Below are positions 20,350-29,467 of a stretch of DNA of 64,000 nt, in pieces. Origin of the DNA: Acidobacteria bacterium UBA6911 (GTDB taxonomy: Bacteria > Acidobacteriota > UBA6911 > RPQK01 > JAJDTT01); the NCBI GenBank assembly GCA_963579905.1, contig CAUZIZ010000007.1, positions 1,462 to 65,461 on the forward strand. The letters run 5' to 3'. The translations under genes and the position numbers were made by a program. The notes under the pieces are model-generated. The model made no database searches. It worked only from the letters and a program-made list of their open reading frames with translations, and had not been told where the DNA came from. The stretch's first letter is position 1. Each line of letters starts with the position of its first letter.

Positions 20350-20487
20350 GAGTCTGCGCGGCAGGAATGATCATAGCGAGAAAGCAGGGGAATCGAGGCC
20401 AGATGTTCTCGATTTCGAGATGCATAGTTGTTCTATTCGTCGAAAAATCGGGGAAATATAGGCTGATTCTACCGTTTTCTCCGCAGA

Positions 20488-21243
20488 TCAGTTCCTACCG
20501 CGATCCACAATGTCTAACAGCGCGGGGAGACTGCGGATGATCCAGCGTGGCGGTCGAAGCGGAGCTTCCTGATTCCTTCGTTCTGAAAGCCAGGCCACCT
20601 GAAACCCTGCCTCCACCGCACCGACCACGTCGGCGTCGGGATCATCTCCCACAAACAAGCACCGTTTCGGATCGAATCCTGTCTCTCGAATCAGAATCTC
20701 GAAGAACTTCTTGGCCGGCTTTCGCCATCCCATCTCATCCGAGATAAAAACCGATTGGAAGTACGGCTCCATCTCGAATTTTAGCAATGCCCGGCGCAGC
20801 GTAGGTGCATCGTCGAAGTTGGAGGCCAGAATCAGCTTCTGGGTCTTCAGCTCTTCCAATACTGCCCGTCGCTCTTCCGGGAGGAACATGGCACTGAAGA
20901 CCTGCTCCATGTGAACCTGTGACATCAATCCTGAAGCCTCCCGATCGAGCCCAAGGCTCCGGCCCAGGACTTCGAATCGCTGCAGGCAGGAGTACTCGCG
21001 ATGATCTCGGCTTCTCAGCTCCCCCATTAGACGCTGCGACTCAAGATATTCCTGATGGAAGCGAACGAAATCACACTCGGTCGGATACTCTTCCCGCAGC
21101 CGACGGAAGACTTCCGGACTGGTGCTGTAGCTCTGTTTCCCCTCGAATTCCAGCCGGGGAAGACAGCTGCGGTCGAAGAGAATAAGAGTGTTGAAGAGAT
21201 CGAAGAAGATCGCTTGGCGGGAAAACCCTCCAATTGGGGTCAC
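20488..21243 (-). CDS. HAD family hydrolase
   Basis: FFDLFNTL, ASNFD, WRKP, FVGDDPDADVVGA. Confidence 0.9.
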   Translation of the reverse strand: MTPIGGFSRQAIFFDLFNTLILFDRSCLPRLEFEGKQSYSTSPEVFRRLREEYPTECDFVRFHQEYLESQRLMGELRSRDHREYSCLQRFEVLGRSLGLDREASGLMSQVHMEQVFSAMFLPEERRAVLEELKTQKLILASNFDDAPTLRRALLKFEMEPYFQSVFISDEMGWRKPAKKFFEILIRETGFDPKRCLFVGDDPDADVVGAVEAGFQVAWLSERRNQEAPLRPPRWIIRSLPALLDIVDRGRN

Positions 21244-21650
21244 AAGAGGAGCTCTCTCAATCGCTGCGGCACCAACTTCTTCGAATCGGTTCGGTAGTCC
21301 CAGGCGACCTGGATCGTTTGTGCGGTCGCGATCAGACGTCCGGAATTCTCGTCCGTGATCTCGTAATCGAAGTCGAAGCTGGATGTTCCCACCCGGGATA
21401 CCCAGATTCGGGCGAGGAGTCGGTCATTCCAAGTGGCCGGAGAGCGGAATTCGCAAGTAGCCTTTGCCGCGATCATCTCCAGATCTTGGATCTGGGTGGC
21501 TCCCATGAAATGCCGATAAAAGGCTACCCGAGCCATTTCCAGGTAGGTGAAGTAGACGGCATTGTTCACATGCCCCATGCTGTCCATGTCCCGAAATCGA
21601 ACTTCGATCGGGACTCCGAGTATCTTGGGGCTGGATGTTTCGGGATTCAT
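21240..21650 (-). CDS. Acyl-CoA thioesterase (4HBT/YbgC/FadM family)
   Basis: VRFRDMDSMGHVNNAVYFTYLE. Confidence 0.9.
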   Translation of the reverse strand: MNPETSSPKILGVPIEVRFRDMDSMGHVNNAVYFTYLEMARVAFYRHFMGATQIQDLEMIAAKATCEFRSPATWNDRLLARIWVSRVGTSSFDFDYEITDENSGRLIATAQTIQVAWDYRTDSKKLVPQRLRELLL

Positions 21651-21705
21651 CTCCCTTTCCTCGGCAGGTCGGTCGAACTCAAAGCGTCTCTTCTGGTTGT
21701 CCAGG

Positions 21706-22263
21706 CTAGCCGACCGCAGCCGAAGTCTCCTTCAACTGTGGCTCGAGCTCGACTTGCAGCGCCAATACCAGGCGGTTGACCAAGTTGAAGAAACCAATCA
21801 GGGTGATCAGCTCAACTACCTGGTCCGAAGTGTAGTGGTTGTTCAACTGGGTCCAGAACTCGTCTGAAATGTCGTCAGGTCGGGAGGTGATCAGTTCAGC
21901 CAACTCCAAGGTTTCCTTCTCGTAGTAGACAAACAGCTCACTCTCGGCGTATGTCTCCATGGCATCGATATGCTCTTGACTCCAACCCGAGTCCAGGGCT
22001 TTTGGGGTGTAGTGGGCAATCGTGTAGGGACATTTGTCCAACTTGCAGGTCTTTAAGATGACCAACTGCCGAATCTTTTCGCTCAAACTCGTTTCGCCGG
22101 TGACCGTCTTATAAAGATCCGCCACCGCCCCAACGAAGTTCTCGCTGTGGGCCCATGTGCCGATGAAGTTGGGCACGAAGCCAGCGGTACCTTCGACCTC
22201 CGCATAGATGGTCTTGACCTTCTCACTGGCGGCAACTAATGGAACGGGAAGATACCTGGGCAT
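21706..22263 (-). CDS. Carboxymuconolactone decarboxylase/AhpD-like protein
   Basis: GFVPNF, CKLDKCPYTIAH, QVVELITLIGFFNLVNR. Confidence 0.8.
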   Translation of the reverse strand: MPRYLPVPLVAASEKVKTIYAEVEGTAGFVPNFIGTWAHSENFVGAVADLYKTVTGETSLSEKIRQLVILKTCKLDKCPYTIAHYTPKALDSGWSQEHIDAMETYAESELFVYYEKETLELAELITSRPDDISDEFWTQLNNHYTSDQVVELITLIGFFNLVNRLVLALQVELEPQLKETSAAVG

Positions 22264-22315
22264 ATTTCTTTCTTCCTCCTTACGACAACGGGGCTTTCAC
22301 GATTTGCTACCCCAA

Positions 22316-22401
22316 GGGCTCTGTGAACTTTTCATCGGCGACCAAGGGACTCTAGCGCAAAGCTGAGCGCCAACTCTGCGAAGTTATTCATGCACCAGCC
22401 C
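22316..22401. mobile_element. Internally deleted copy of the IS5-like MITE, overlapping the lipA 3' end
   Basis: Minus strand GGGCTGGTGCATGAATAACTTCGCAGAGTTGGCGCTCAGCTTTGCGC matches the MITE at 48483; other end ...CACAGAGCCC. Confidence 0.75.
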
Positions 22402-23278
22402 TAAACGAAGCAAACTGTCGATCGGCCAGGTAGCTCGAGCGTACCAGGGGACCACTTTCAACGTGCTCGAACCCCATATCCTGTCCCACCTGCTTCCAGT
22501 GCTGAAATTCCTCTGGATGATAGAATCGGTCGACCGGCAGGTGCCAGGAAGAGGGCCGAAGATACTGCCCCAGGGTCAGGATACCGACTCGGCGGTTCAC
22601 TAGGTCCGCCATGACACTCCGGATCTCGTCTTCCTTCTCTCCCAGGCCCAGCATCATTCCGGTCTTGGTCACGACATCGGCAGAGATCTCACGCGCCTGT
22701 GACAACACATTCAATGACAGCGCGTAATCGCCGCCGCCACGGGCCGAAGGGTAAAGTCGGGGAACCGTCTCGATATTGTGGTTGAGAATGTGGGGACGCG
22801 AGTCGAGCACGACCCGAAGCGCGTGCTCAGATCCCTTGAAGTCGGGAATCAGCACCTCGACAACACAGTCCGGGTGGAGCCGTCTAATCTCCGAAACAGT
22901 CTCAGCAAAGGCCGCGGAACCCCCATCTTCGAGGTCGTCTCGATCGACAGAGGTAATGACGGCGTGCTGAAGTCCCATGACGCGCACTGCCTCGGCCACC
23001 CGCCGAGGCTCCTGGCGATCCAGTTCCCGGGGTGCCCCCTTGGAAACAGCACAGTAGCGACACCCGCGAGTGCAGATCTTCCCCAGGATCATGAAGGTTG
23101 CGACCCCGTGATCCCAGCACTCTCCCATGTTGGGACAGTGAGCCTCCTCACACACGGTGTGCAGTTTGAGGTCAGCCAACAACCGCTTGAGGTCGTGCAC
23201 TCCCTCGCCAAATGGCGCCCGCACCTTGAGCCAGGGAGGGTGTCGTGGGGAAGCTGATTTCTGGCTAGTTTTCTCCAT
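22388..23278 (-). CDS. lipA: Lipoyl synthase
   Basis: CEEAHCPNMGEC, CTRGCRYC radical-SAM motif, GPLVRSSY. Confidence 0.97.
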   Translation of the reverse strand: MEKTSQKSASPRHPPWLKVRAPFGEGVHDLKRLLADLKLHTVCEEAHCPNMGECWDHGVATFMILGKICTRGCRYCAVSKGAPRELDRQEPRRVAEAVRVMGLQHAVITSVDRDDLEDGGSAAFAETVSEIRRLHPDCVVEVLIPDFKGSEHALRVVLDSRPHILNHNIETVPRLYPSARGGGDYALSLNVLSQAREISADVVTKTGMMLGLGEKEDEIRSVMADLVNRRVGILTLGQYLRPSSWHLPVDRFYHPEEFQHWKQVGQDMGFEHVESGPLVRSSYLADRQFASFRAGA

Positions 23279-23333
23279 AATAGCGATTACATTAACAGAT
23301 TTGTTTTGCCCCTGCAGAAGGCGGTTGATAGCC

Positions 23334-23478
23334 CCAACTCTTTCCCTTTCTCTTGCCCTTGCCTTTGCCTTTGCCTTTTCCTTTTCGAAATCATGTCAAT
23401 ACTGATCGGGAGATCAAGAGCCTTGAAGCAACCAAAGGGTGAGGGCAGAGCAAGGGCAGAGGCAAGGACAAGAGTTGG
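23334..23478. repeat. Inverted hexamer-repeat tracts (CTTGCC-like / GGCAAG-like) around a short spacer
   Basis: Pyrimidine tract 23334-23387 and purine tract 23436-23478, with CCAACTCTT/AAGAGTTGG outer inverted repeat. Confidence 0.75.
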
Positions 23479-23496
23479 AGAAAGTAAGGATAAGAC

Positions 23497-24714
23497 TCAG
23501 CCGGGAAGCTTGATTTCGAAAATGGTCATGAGCTGTGCCAGCACTTTGTGAATCTCGAATGCCTTTCCAGCGGTCCGGTTTTCGGTCGCGATCCTTTCGC
23601 GGCGAGGTCCATCTTGAAACAGAGCGGCGATCGCTTCGGGCCAGGATTCAACGTCGGGCAGCGATTCACACCAGCGAAGGTTCTCATTCCCCACCGCCTC
23701 GGCGATACCACCTGAGCGAGGGCCGGCACCGAAGAGAACCGGAGTTCCCAGCGCAGCAAAGGTAACCGTCGAACTGCTGATGGCTTCAGTGAAGTTCGTT
23801 CCCTCTTCCAAACCAGAACCCATCACCATCAGATCGGTCCTTGTGGCCAGTGCCAGCACCCTGGGGAAGGTAAGCGCGCCCACCCAGGCGCGACCGTTCG
23901 CGGCGTGGGCCGCAAGGACCTGCTCTACCTTCGATCGCTCGGGACCGGAGCCGGCCATGACGGCGAGGAAGGATGAGTCCAGGTTCAGAAGCTTATCAAT
24001 CACGTTCGCGACCTTGAGGGCACCCTTCTCGGCTGCCATCCTACCCGCAAAGATAACCAGTTTCTGGCCCGCGTTATTTGAGCGTGGGAAAAGCCCCTTG
24101 ATCAGTTCCTCGGCGTCGGCATCGAAGGTCTCCGACGCGAAGGGATGGAAGGTCACCGGCGCCACCACACCCGTTACGGGAATATCGAGCTCGACCGCCA
24201 GATCGAGAAGCCAATGGGACACGGTGTAGATCCCGTTACATGCGTCCAAAGCTCGGCGGTAGCGCTGACCTGCAGCCGTGCTTCCCCACAACTGCGTCAG
24301 GACCAGGGTGTCAGTACCGCGCAGCAAGCTGACCACTGGCGTTCTGCTAGGCAGACAGACGTTCACAACGTCAGCAAGGTAGCTGAGTGGTGAAATGGCA
24401 AGTACCCCACAAACGCCCTCCGGGTTCTCCTGAAGCACGGCGTCTACCGCGTCGGCGACAGAGCAGGAGCTGAGGCTATGGGGGACCTTTTCCATGGCCT
24501 CGTACTCAACCTCTATCCGTCGATACAGGGGAGTGGACACAGGAGGCGTGATGTCGACGCTGTGGCGGGGACCCTCATCGGTAGTGTGGGTGATGTGTAC
24601 CACCGGCACCTGGGCTCTGCCACCCAGAAACTCGGATAGCTGCCAGGCGAAGATACTGTGTCCTGAAAGATAAGAGGCGGGATTCCGGGAGATGATGATC
24701 AGGGGTCTGCTCAT
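23497..24714 (-). CDS. Divergent glycosyltransferase family 4 protein
   Basis: IFAGRMAAEKG, MAGSGPER, C-terminal GT-B fold pattern; overlaps the upstream GT stop. Confidence 0.75.
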   Translation of the reverse strand: MSRPLIIISRNPASYLSGHSIFAWQLSEFLGGRAQVPVVHITHTTDEGPRHSVDITPPVSTPLYRRIEVEYEAMEKVPHSLSSCSVADAVDAVLQENPEGVCGVLAISPLSYLADVVNVCLPSRTPVVSLLRGTDTLVLTQLWGSTAAGQRYRRALDACNGIYTVSHWLLDLAVELDIPVTGVVAPVTFHPFASETFDADAEELIKGLFPRSNNAGQKLVIFAGRMAAEKGALKVANVIDKLLNLDSSFLAVMAGSGPERSKVEQVLAAHAANGRAWVGALTFPRVLALATRTDLMVMGSGLEEGTNFTEAISSSTVTFAALGTPVLFGAGPRSGGIAEAVGNENLRWCESLPDVESWPEAIAALFQDGPRRERIATENRTAGKAFEIHKVLAQLMTIFEIKLPG

Positions 24715-25937
24715 GGAGACGCCTCATCGATCAGCTCCCGGTATAATTCCACATGGTCACGGGCATATCGGCCCAACGTCAGACGCTCCGCCACCGCCCG
24801 GCCTGCGGCTGTCAGCCTGCCTCGAAATTCATCCGAGAGCAGTAGCGATTCGAGGCCTCCAACCAATTCCTCTATCGAGTCTGGGGAGAAAGTAATTCCG
24901 TTGACCCCACCCTGTAAGTATTCGACCAGGCCTCCGTCGTTTGCCACCGCCGCACAACAACCAAGCAGCATGCCCTCGAGATGGCAACGCCCCGCTCCTT
25001 CGTTGCGAGCCGGATAAATAACGACGTGGGAAGCAGCATAGAGTGAGCGCAGAGCCGCCGGAGCGAGGTTGCCGAGGAAGGATATCCGCTCCGCCACACC
25101 CAACCGCTCCGCCATCGCTTCGAGACTCTTCCGGTAACCGTGACGCTCTGGGAGCGTGGGACCCGGTAAGGCGAGATGCGGGACCAGACCGGAGTCCTGG
25201 ATGGCCTGCCGCTGGATCAGCCAGTAAATCCCCTGGATTAGAAACGCGTGGTTCTTTCTGGGGATGAATCGGGCAGGATAGACTAGGAGTCTGTGTCCTG
25301 TGTCAGGTGCCAACTCCCGGCGCCACCTCTGGACTTGGTCGACATCGACCTCGGCGGGATTCCAGAAATCCCGATCCACAAAGAAACCCTGATAGTCTAC
25401 CGGTCCCCCAGGAAGGGCCGCTGCGGAAAAACCACTGATCGCACAGGTTCGGTCCACCAGCTGGGTGGCCTCGCGGAGGATCTCCACCATCTCGGATTTG
25501 GCGGGCATCCCATCATGATGGGTGAGAACGCTGGGAAGCCCGTGCCGACGCGCCACGCGCAGCGCCACCACCTGTACCCAATGCCGGACGATATGGACGT
25601 GTAGAAGGTCCGGCTGCTCTCGCTCCAGCAGTTTCTCCAGATGCCGCTCGAAGGAAGCCAGAGCTTCCTCAGAATCCATCTCCGTCCGTCCCTTGCTGCG
25701 CATGGGAACCACACAGGGAAAAAGACGAATTCCGGTATCGGACTGGATCCATTCCTGCCCCCTCCGCTCGACCTGCCCAGACGCTTCCAACTCTCCCATA
25801 TGCGATGTTCCAACCAGGAACGTCTGGATTACCTCTACGCTGCTGATCTTCACCAGGGCAGCATTCAAGGCCTGAAGATGAGCCATCATGCCGCCCGTGT
25901 TGACCAGATAGTCGTGGGAAAAGCGAAGGATCTTCAC
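24711..25937 (-). CDS. Glycosyltransferase family 4 protein
   Basis: PARFIPRKNH, ALYAASHVVIYPARNEGAG, LEGMLLG..AVANDGGLVE, GVNG. Confidence 0.85.
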   Translation of the reverse strand: MKILRFSHDYLVNTGGMMAHLQALNAALVKISSVEVIQTFLVGTSHMGELEASGQVERRGQEWIQSDTGIRLFPCVVPMRSKGRTEMDSEEALASFERHLEKLLEREQPDLLHVHIVRHWVQVVALRVARRHGLPSVLTHHDGMPAKSEMVEILREATQLVDRTCAISGFSAAALPGGPVDYQGFFVDRDFWNPAEVDVDQVQRWRRELAPDTGHRLLVYPARFIPRKNHAFLIQGIYWLIQRQAIQDSGLVPHLALPGPTLPERHGYRKSLEAMAERLGVAERISFLGNLAPAALRSLYAASHVVIYPARNEGAGRCHLEGMLLGCCAAVANDGGLVEYLQGGVNGITFSPDSIEELVGGLESLLLSDEFRGRLTAAGRAVAERLTLGRYARDHVELYRELIDEASP

Positions 25938-26064
25938 GAGGGGACCGTCACGGCAAAGCAGACAGAGGCTGGACCCTGACAGTGCATGGCTGCAATGTAA
26001 TCGGCCCACTTCCGGAAATCAAGGCTGAGCGTAGTCTCGGATGAACCCATCGTCTAGGTTCTTA

Positions 26065-26245
26065 GGGTCTGCGCAAAAATAACTTGGCATTTTGGCATCT
26101 CATCTTCACACCATCTTCGGCCGCTCCTCAATCGCGAAATCCTCAACGTAGACCCCGCTACGCCTGCGGTTTCGCTCAATCGTTCGCGGCCACATCTGGT
26201 GCAAATCTGAGCGCCAATTCTACCAAGCTATTCTTGAGCAGACCC
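26065..26245. mobile_element. IS5-like MITE, 181 bp, TTA target duplication
   Basis: TIR GGGTCTGCGCAAAAATAACTT vs reverse complement of right end GGGTCTGCTCAAGAATAGCTT; TTA at 26062-64 and 26246-48; inverted copy at 48483. Confidence 0.9.
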
Positions 26246-26317
26246 TTAACAAACTTGCAAACTCTATCGCGAGGGGTCTACGATGGCCGGCAAAGGTAAC
26301 TCGTCAAGGACGGTGAC

Positions 26318-27451
26318 ATGCCCTCTCTCTCAGGAAAATCTACCCTTGCGCTGGGACTGCTGGCTACGATGAGCCTCACCATCGCAATTGGGGCTGCCGA
26401 CACACCCATTCCCGACCTCTCAGGAAAGATCTTGACGGTAAAGGGACCCATAGAGCCCAACCTACTGGGGCCCACCATCATGCACGAGCACGTCTTGATC
26501 GACTACCGGGGACGACCCAAGAAACGGATCAAGAGCGCTACAGATGCGAGTTTTTACGAGGAATCTGTCTCCCTCGGCAACCTCAGCAAGATTCGGACCT
26601 GGGCGGTCGAAAACCAGGACAATCTCCTGCTGAGCGACATCGATCTGGCTCTCCGCGAAGTCCTGGGCTTCAAGCGCTGGGGAGGTAGTGGGATCGTCGA
26701 CTGTACCAGCATCGGTCTGGGAAGGGACCCCTCGGGACTCCTCCAGGTCTCAAACGCCAGCGGTCTGCACCTGATCATGGGCTCGGGATTCTACCTGGAG
26801 AGCTTCCACCCGCCGGACATGGATCAGCGAACCGTAGGTGATCTAGCCGACATAATCATCCGCGACGTCACCGTCGGAGTCGCCGGGACCCCGATCCGCG
26901 CCGGCATCATCGGTGAGGTTGCGGTAGCCGGCGGATTGAAGGCAAGCGAGCTGAAGGGTGCCCGAGCAGCGGCCAGAGCCAGCCGCGCCACCGGTGCCGC
27001 GATCTCCTTTCACCATGGGGGAGCCGGAGAGGAGAAGTTCACTACTCTCGATCTGGTCGCCTCGGAGGGAGCGGACCTGAATCGGGTCATCATCGGCCAC
27101 GCCAACCACATAGCGACCGATATTCCCTACATGAAGCGGTTGCTCGAGCGGGGCGTGTATCTCCAGTTTGATCTCTTCGGAGAGGTGATTCCGAGGCTGG
27201 GCCGTATCCACGACTACGAGGTCGCGCAATCCATCGTCCAACTGGTGAAGGACGGCCATGCCAATCGGCTGCTCCTTTCCCAGGACGTATGCGCCAAGTC
27301 CATGCTCAAGACCTACGGGGGCATGGGTTTCTCCTACGTCATGGAATTCGTGCTACCCGAGCTGCGCAGGTTGGGGGTAGCAGAGAACGCCCTCAGGCTG
27401 ATCATGGTGGAGAATCCACAGCGGGTCCTGACCTTCGCCAAGCCCGGCTAA
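26318..27451 (+). CDS. Phosphotriesterase-related protein (amidohydrolase fold) with signal peptide
   Basis: TIMHEHV, IVDCTSIGLGRDP, GIIGEV, ISFH, IIGHA, LSQDVC. Confidence 0.9.
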   Translation: MPSLSGKSTLALGLLATMSLTIAIGAADTPIPDLSGKILTVKGPIEPNLLGPTIMHEHVLIDYRGRPKKRIKSATDASFYEESVSLGNLSKIRTWAVENQDNLLLSDIDLALREVLGFKRWGGSGIVDCTSIGLGRDPSGLLQVSNASGLHLIMGSGFYLESFHPPDMDQRTVGDLADIIIRDVTVGVAGTPIRAGIIGEVAVAGGLKASELKGARAAARASRATGAAISFHHGGAGEEKFTTLDLVASEGADLNRVIIGHANHIATDIPYMKRLLERGVYLQFDLFGEVIPRLGRIHDYEVAQSIVQLVKDGHANRLLLSQDVCAKSMLKTYGGMGFSYVMEFVLPELRRLGVAENALRLIMVENPQRVLTFAKPG

Positions 27452-27540
27452 TTCCCAAGATACAAGACGCAAGACACCCGAAACCTTACGCTGGATGGTG
27501 TCGCTGCTACTTATTGTTAGACCGCAAATCTACAGGCCGG

Positions 27541-28524
27541 CTAGGCAGCTGACACCCTGGTATTGGCCGGGAAACCGCCGATGGAGCCAAAAAAACAGGG
27601 GTTCCCGGATGAGAACTGCTTAGGGTCTGTCTCAGTATGCAGCCACGTGCGCTTCTGCTTTGCCATCTCGGTCCGGAACGCTTCCTCTTTGGCTGCAACG
27701 TACTTCCTGTAGCCTTTCCGATCGATGAAAGGTGTCTGAGCTCCCTCTTTGAGCCGCGCGTATTTCGTTTCCAGATCGAAGTAACCGCCGTGCGCTCCCA
27801 GAAAGATGTCGCACGGCAGAGATTTCAAGACCCGAAACATGTGTTCATAGTCAGACGCGATCTGTGGATACAGCGCGTTGTTGACGAGCTGGTAGCCAGG
27901 ATTCACGTTGGGGCTGCCGATGATCACGACATCGTAGGTTCTTCCGGCCTCCTGCACCTTCATCGTCCACGTTGTACAACCCTTCGTATGCCCCGGAGTG
28001 AGGCGCGCGACGAGTACGGAGCCTCCCACTTTCACTTCGTCACCCTCCTGCAGCACGCGATCGACCTTTGTAGGCGGATAGAGCGACGTCGCTACGTTGC
28101 CGTACTGGAAGTCAGTCGTACCGCCCGATTCGACAACCGACACATCGCCATCCATGACCATATATGTCGCACCGGTAAGCGCCTTGATCGCCGCGCTGCC
28201 CGCGTTGTGGTCAGCGTGCGCGTGACTGATCAAGCGAATCTTCAAGTCACTCAATTTGAATCCGAGTTGCTCAACGCTGCTCCGAATGAGCGGAACGTTC
28301 GCCTCGAGATCGCTGTTGATAAGGATGTGCCCCTGTGAAGTCGTGATCAGATAATTCGCCAACCCCTTGCTTCCAACGTAGTAGAGATTCTCCGCGATGC
28401 GGAACGGGGGAAATGGCTCGGTCCAATCAGGGTTCTCCTGCGCACGCAAGGTGCCGGAAAAACCGAAGACTACAGCAAGCATGCCCAACAGAATGATCCA
28501 GATCTTTCGCCACCGGTGCCACAT
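27541..28524 (-). CDS. Subclass B3 metallo-beta-lactamase; C-terminus extended by read-through
   Basis: WTEPFPPFRIAENLYYVG, SHAHADHNAG (HxHxDH), TPGHTKG, LGAHG; signal peptide. Confidence 0.9.
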   Translation of the reverse strand: MWHRWRKIWIILLGMLAVVFGFSGTLRAQENPDWTEPFPPFRIAENLYYVGSKGLANYLITTSQGHILINSDLEANVPLIRSSVEQLGFKLSDLKIRLISHAHADHNAGSAAIKALTGATYMVMDGDVSVVESGGTTDFQYGNVATSLYPPTKVDRVLQEGDEVKVGGSVLVARLTPGHTKGCTTWTMKVQEAGRTYDVVIIGSPNVNPGYQLVNNALYPQIASDYEHMFRVLKSLPCDIFLGAHGGYFDLETKYARLKEGAQTPFIDRKGYRKYVAAKEEAFRTEMAKQKRTWLHTETDPKQFSSGNPCFFGSIGGFPANTRVSAA

Positions 28525-28555
28525 GCTTACACCTCCACTCAATCTGTGTGCGCGT

Positions 28556-29338
28556 TCACTCTGTCCGCAGCATGCCAATTAGTCCTTCGAGGCAGTCTAG
28601 TATCAACACTCCGTCCCACGGATCTTTCGTCTCAGTCGACGTCGCGTCCGAATCTCCGCTTCTGAAGTCAAGAGTTTCAGGATCTGTCCCCTGGTAGGGA
28701 CGTCGTAACAGGATAGGGAGGATTCCTGCCGCCTGGGCTCCCGCAATGTCATCCGCCGTGTCTCCAATATAGACGACTTCAGAAGACGACAATCCAGTCT
28801 GTTCCAGCGCCAATTCGAAGATTCATGGGTCAGGCTTCTTGATCCCCACTGCGCCTGAGACGACGATGGTCTCAAAAAAGCTGGATAAGCGGTGCTCCGT
28901 CAACACTCGATGGACGTGACGGGGATGCTCAAAGTTGGAAATAAGACCTAGGATCCTGCCCTTACACAAGGTTGCTAGAGTCTTATGGCTAGCTGGGTCA
29001 AGGGCGACATACTGCTGCCAAGCTTCAACGGAAAGATCGGCAATTTCCTTCAATTTGCTCCTTCGAAAAGTCACAGCACACTGCTGGGCCAGGCATTGAA
29101 TCCGACGCTCAAATACGGTGAGAGCGCTTTCTGTTTCGGGGGGCTCTTCCTTGCTAAAGAATCCATCGCATTGCTGGGCGAACTCCCTCTCCGAGAGCGA
29201 GAAGTTGGATGAGCAGAAGCAAGAATAAAGGGTCTTGAAGCACACACTCCAGGTGGATTTCATGTCTCCTTAGATCAGCAGAGTGCCGTACAGATCGAAG
29301 AATACTCCCTTTGTTTGCTGACTGATTGACGGTTTCAT
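28556..29338 (-). pseudogene. HAD family hydrolase with two in-frame stops
   Basis: MKPSISQQTKGVFFDLYGTLLI*GDM... (TAA 29270-72) and KKPDP*IFELAL (TGA 28823-25), all in one frame. Confidence 0.85.
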
Positions 29339-29467
29339 GATCGCATTGGCAGCCAAGCAAGATAGCCTCACTGGCGAAGATCATTTGGAATCTGGTGTTT
29401 TGTTGTTTGGAGCTTGTTTATCTCTGTGTGTCCTGGACCTTGCGATTCAAGAAACCAGGTCAATCTC

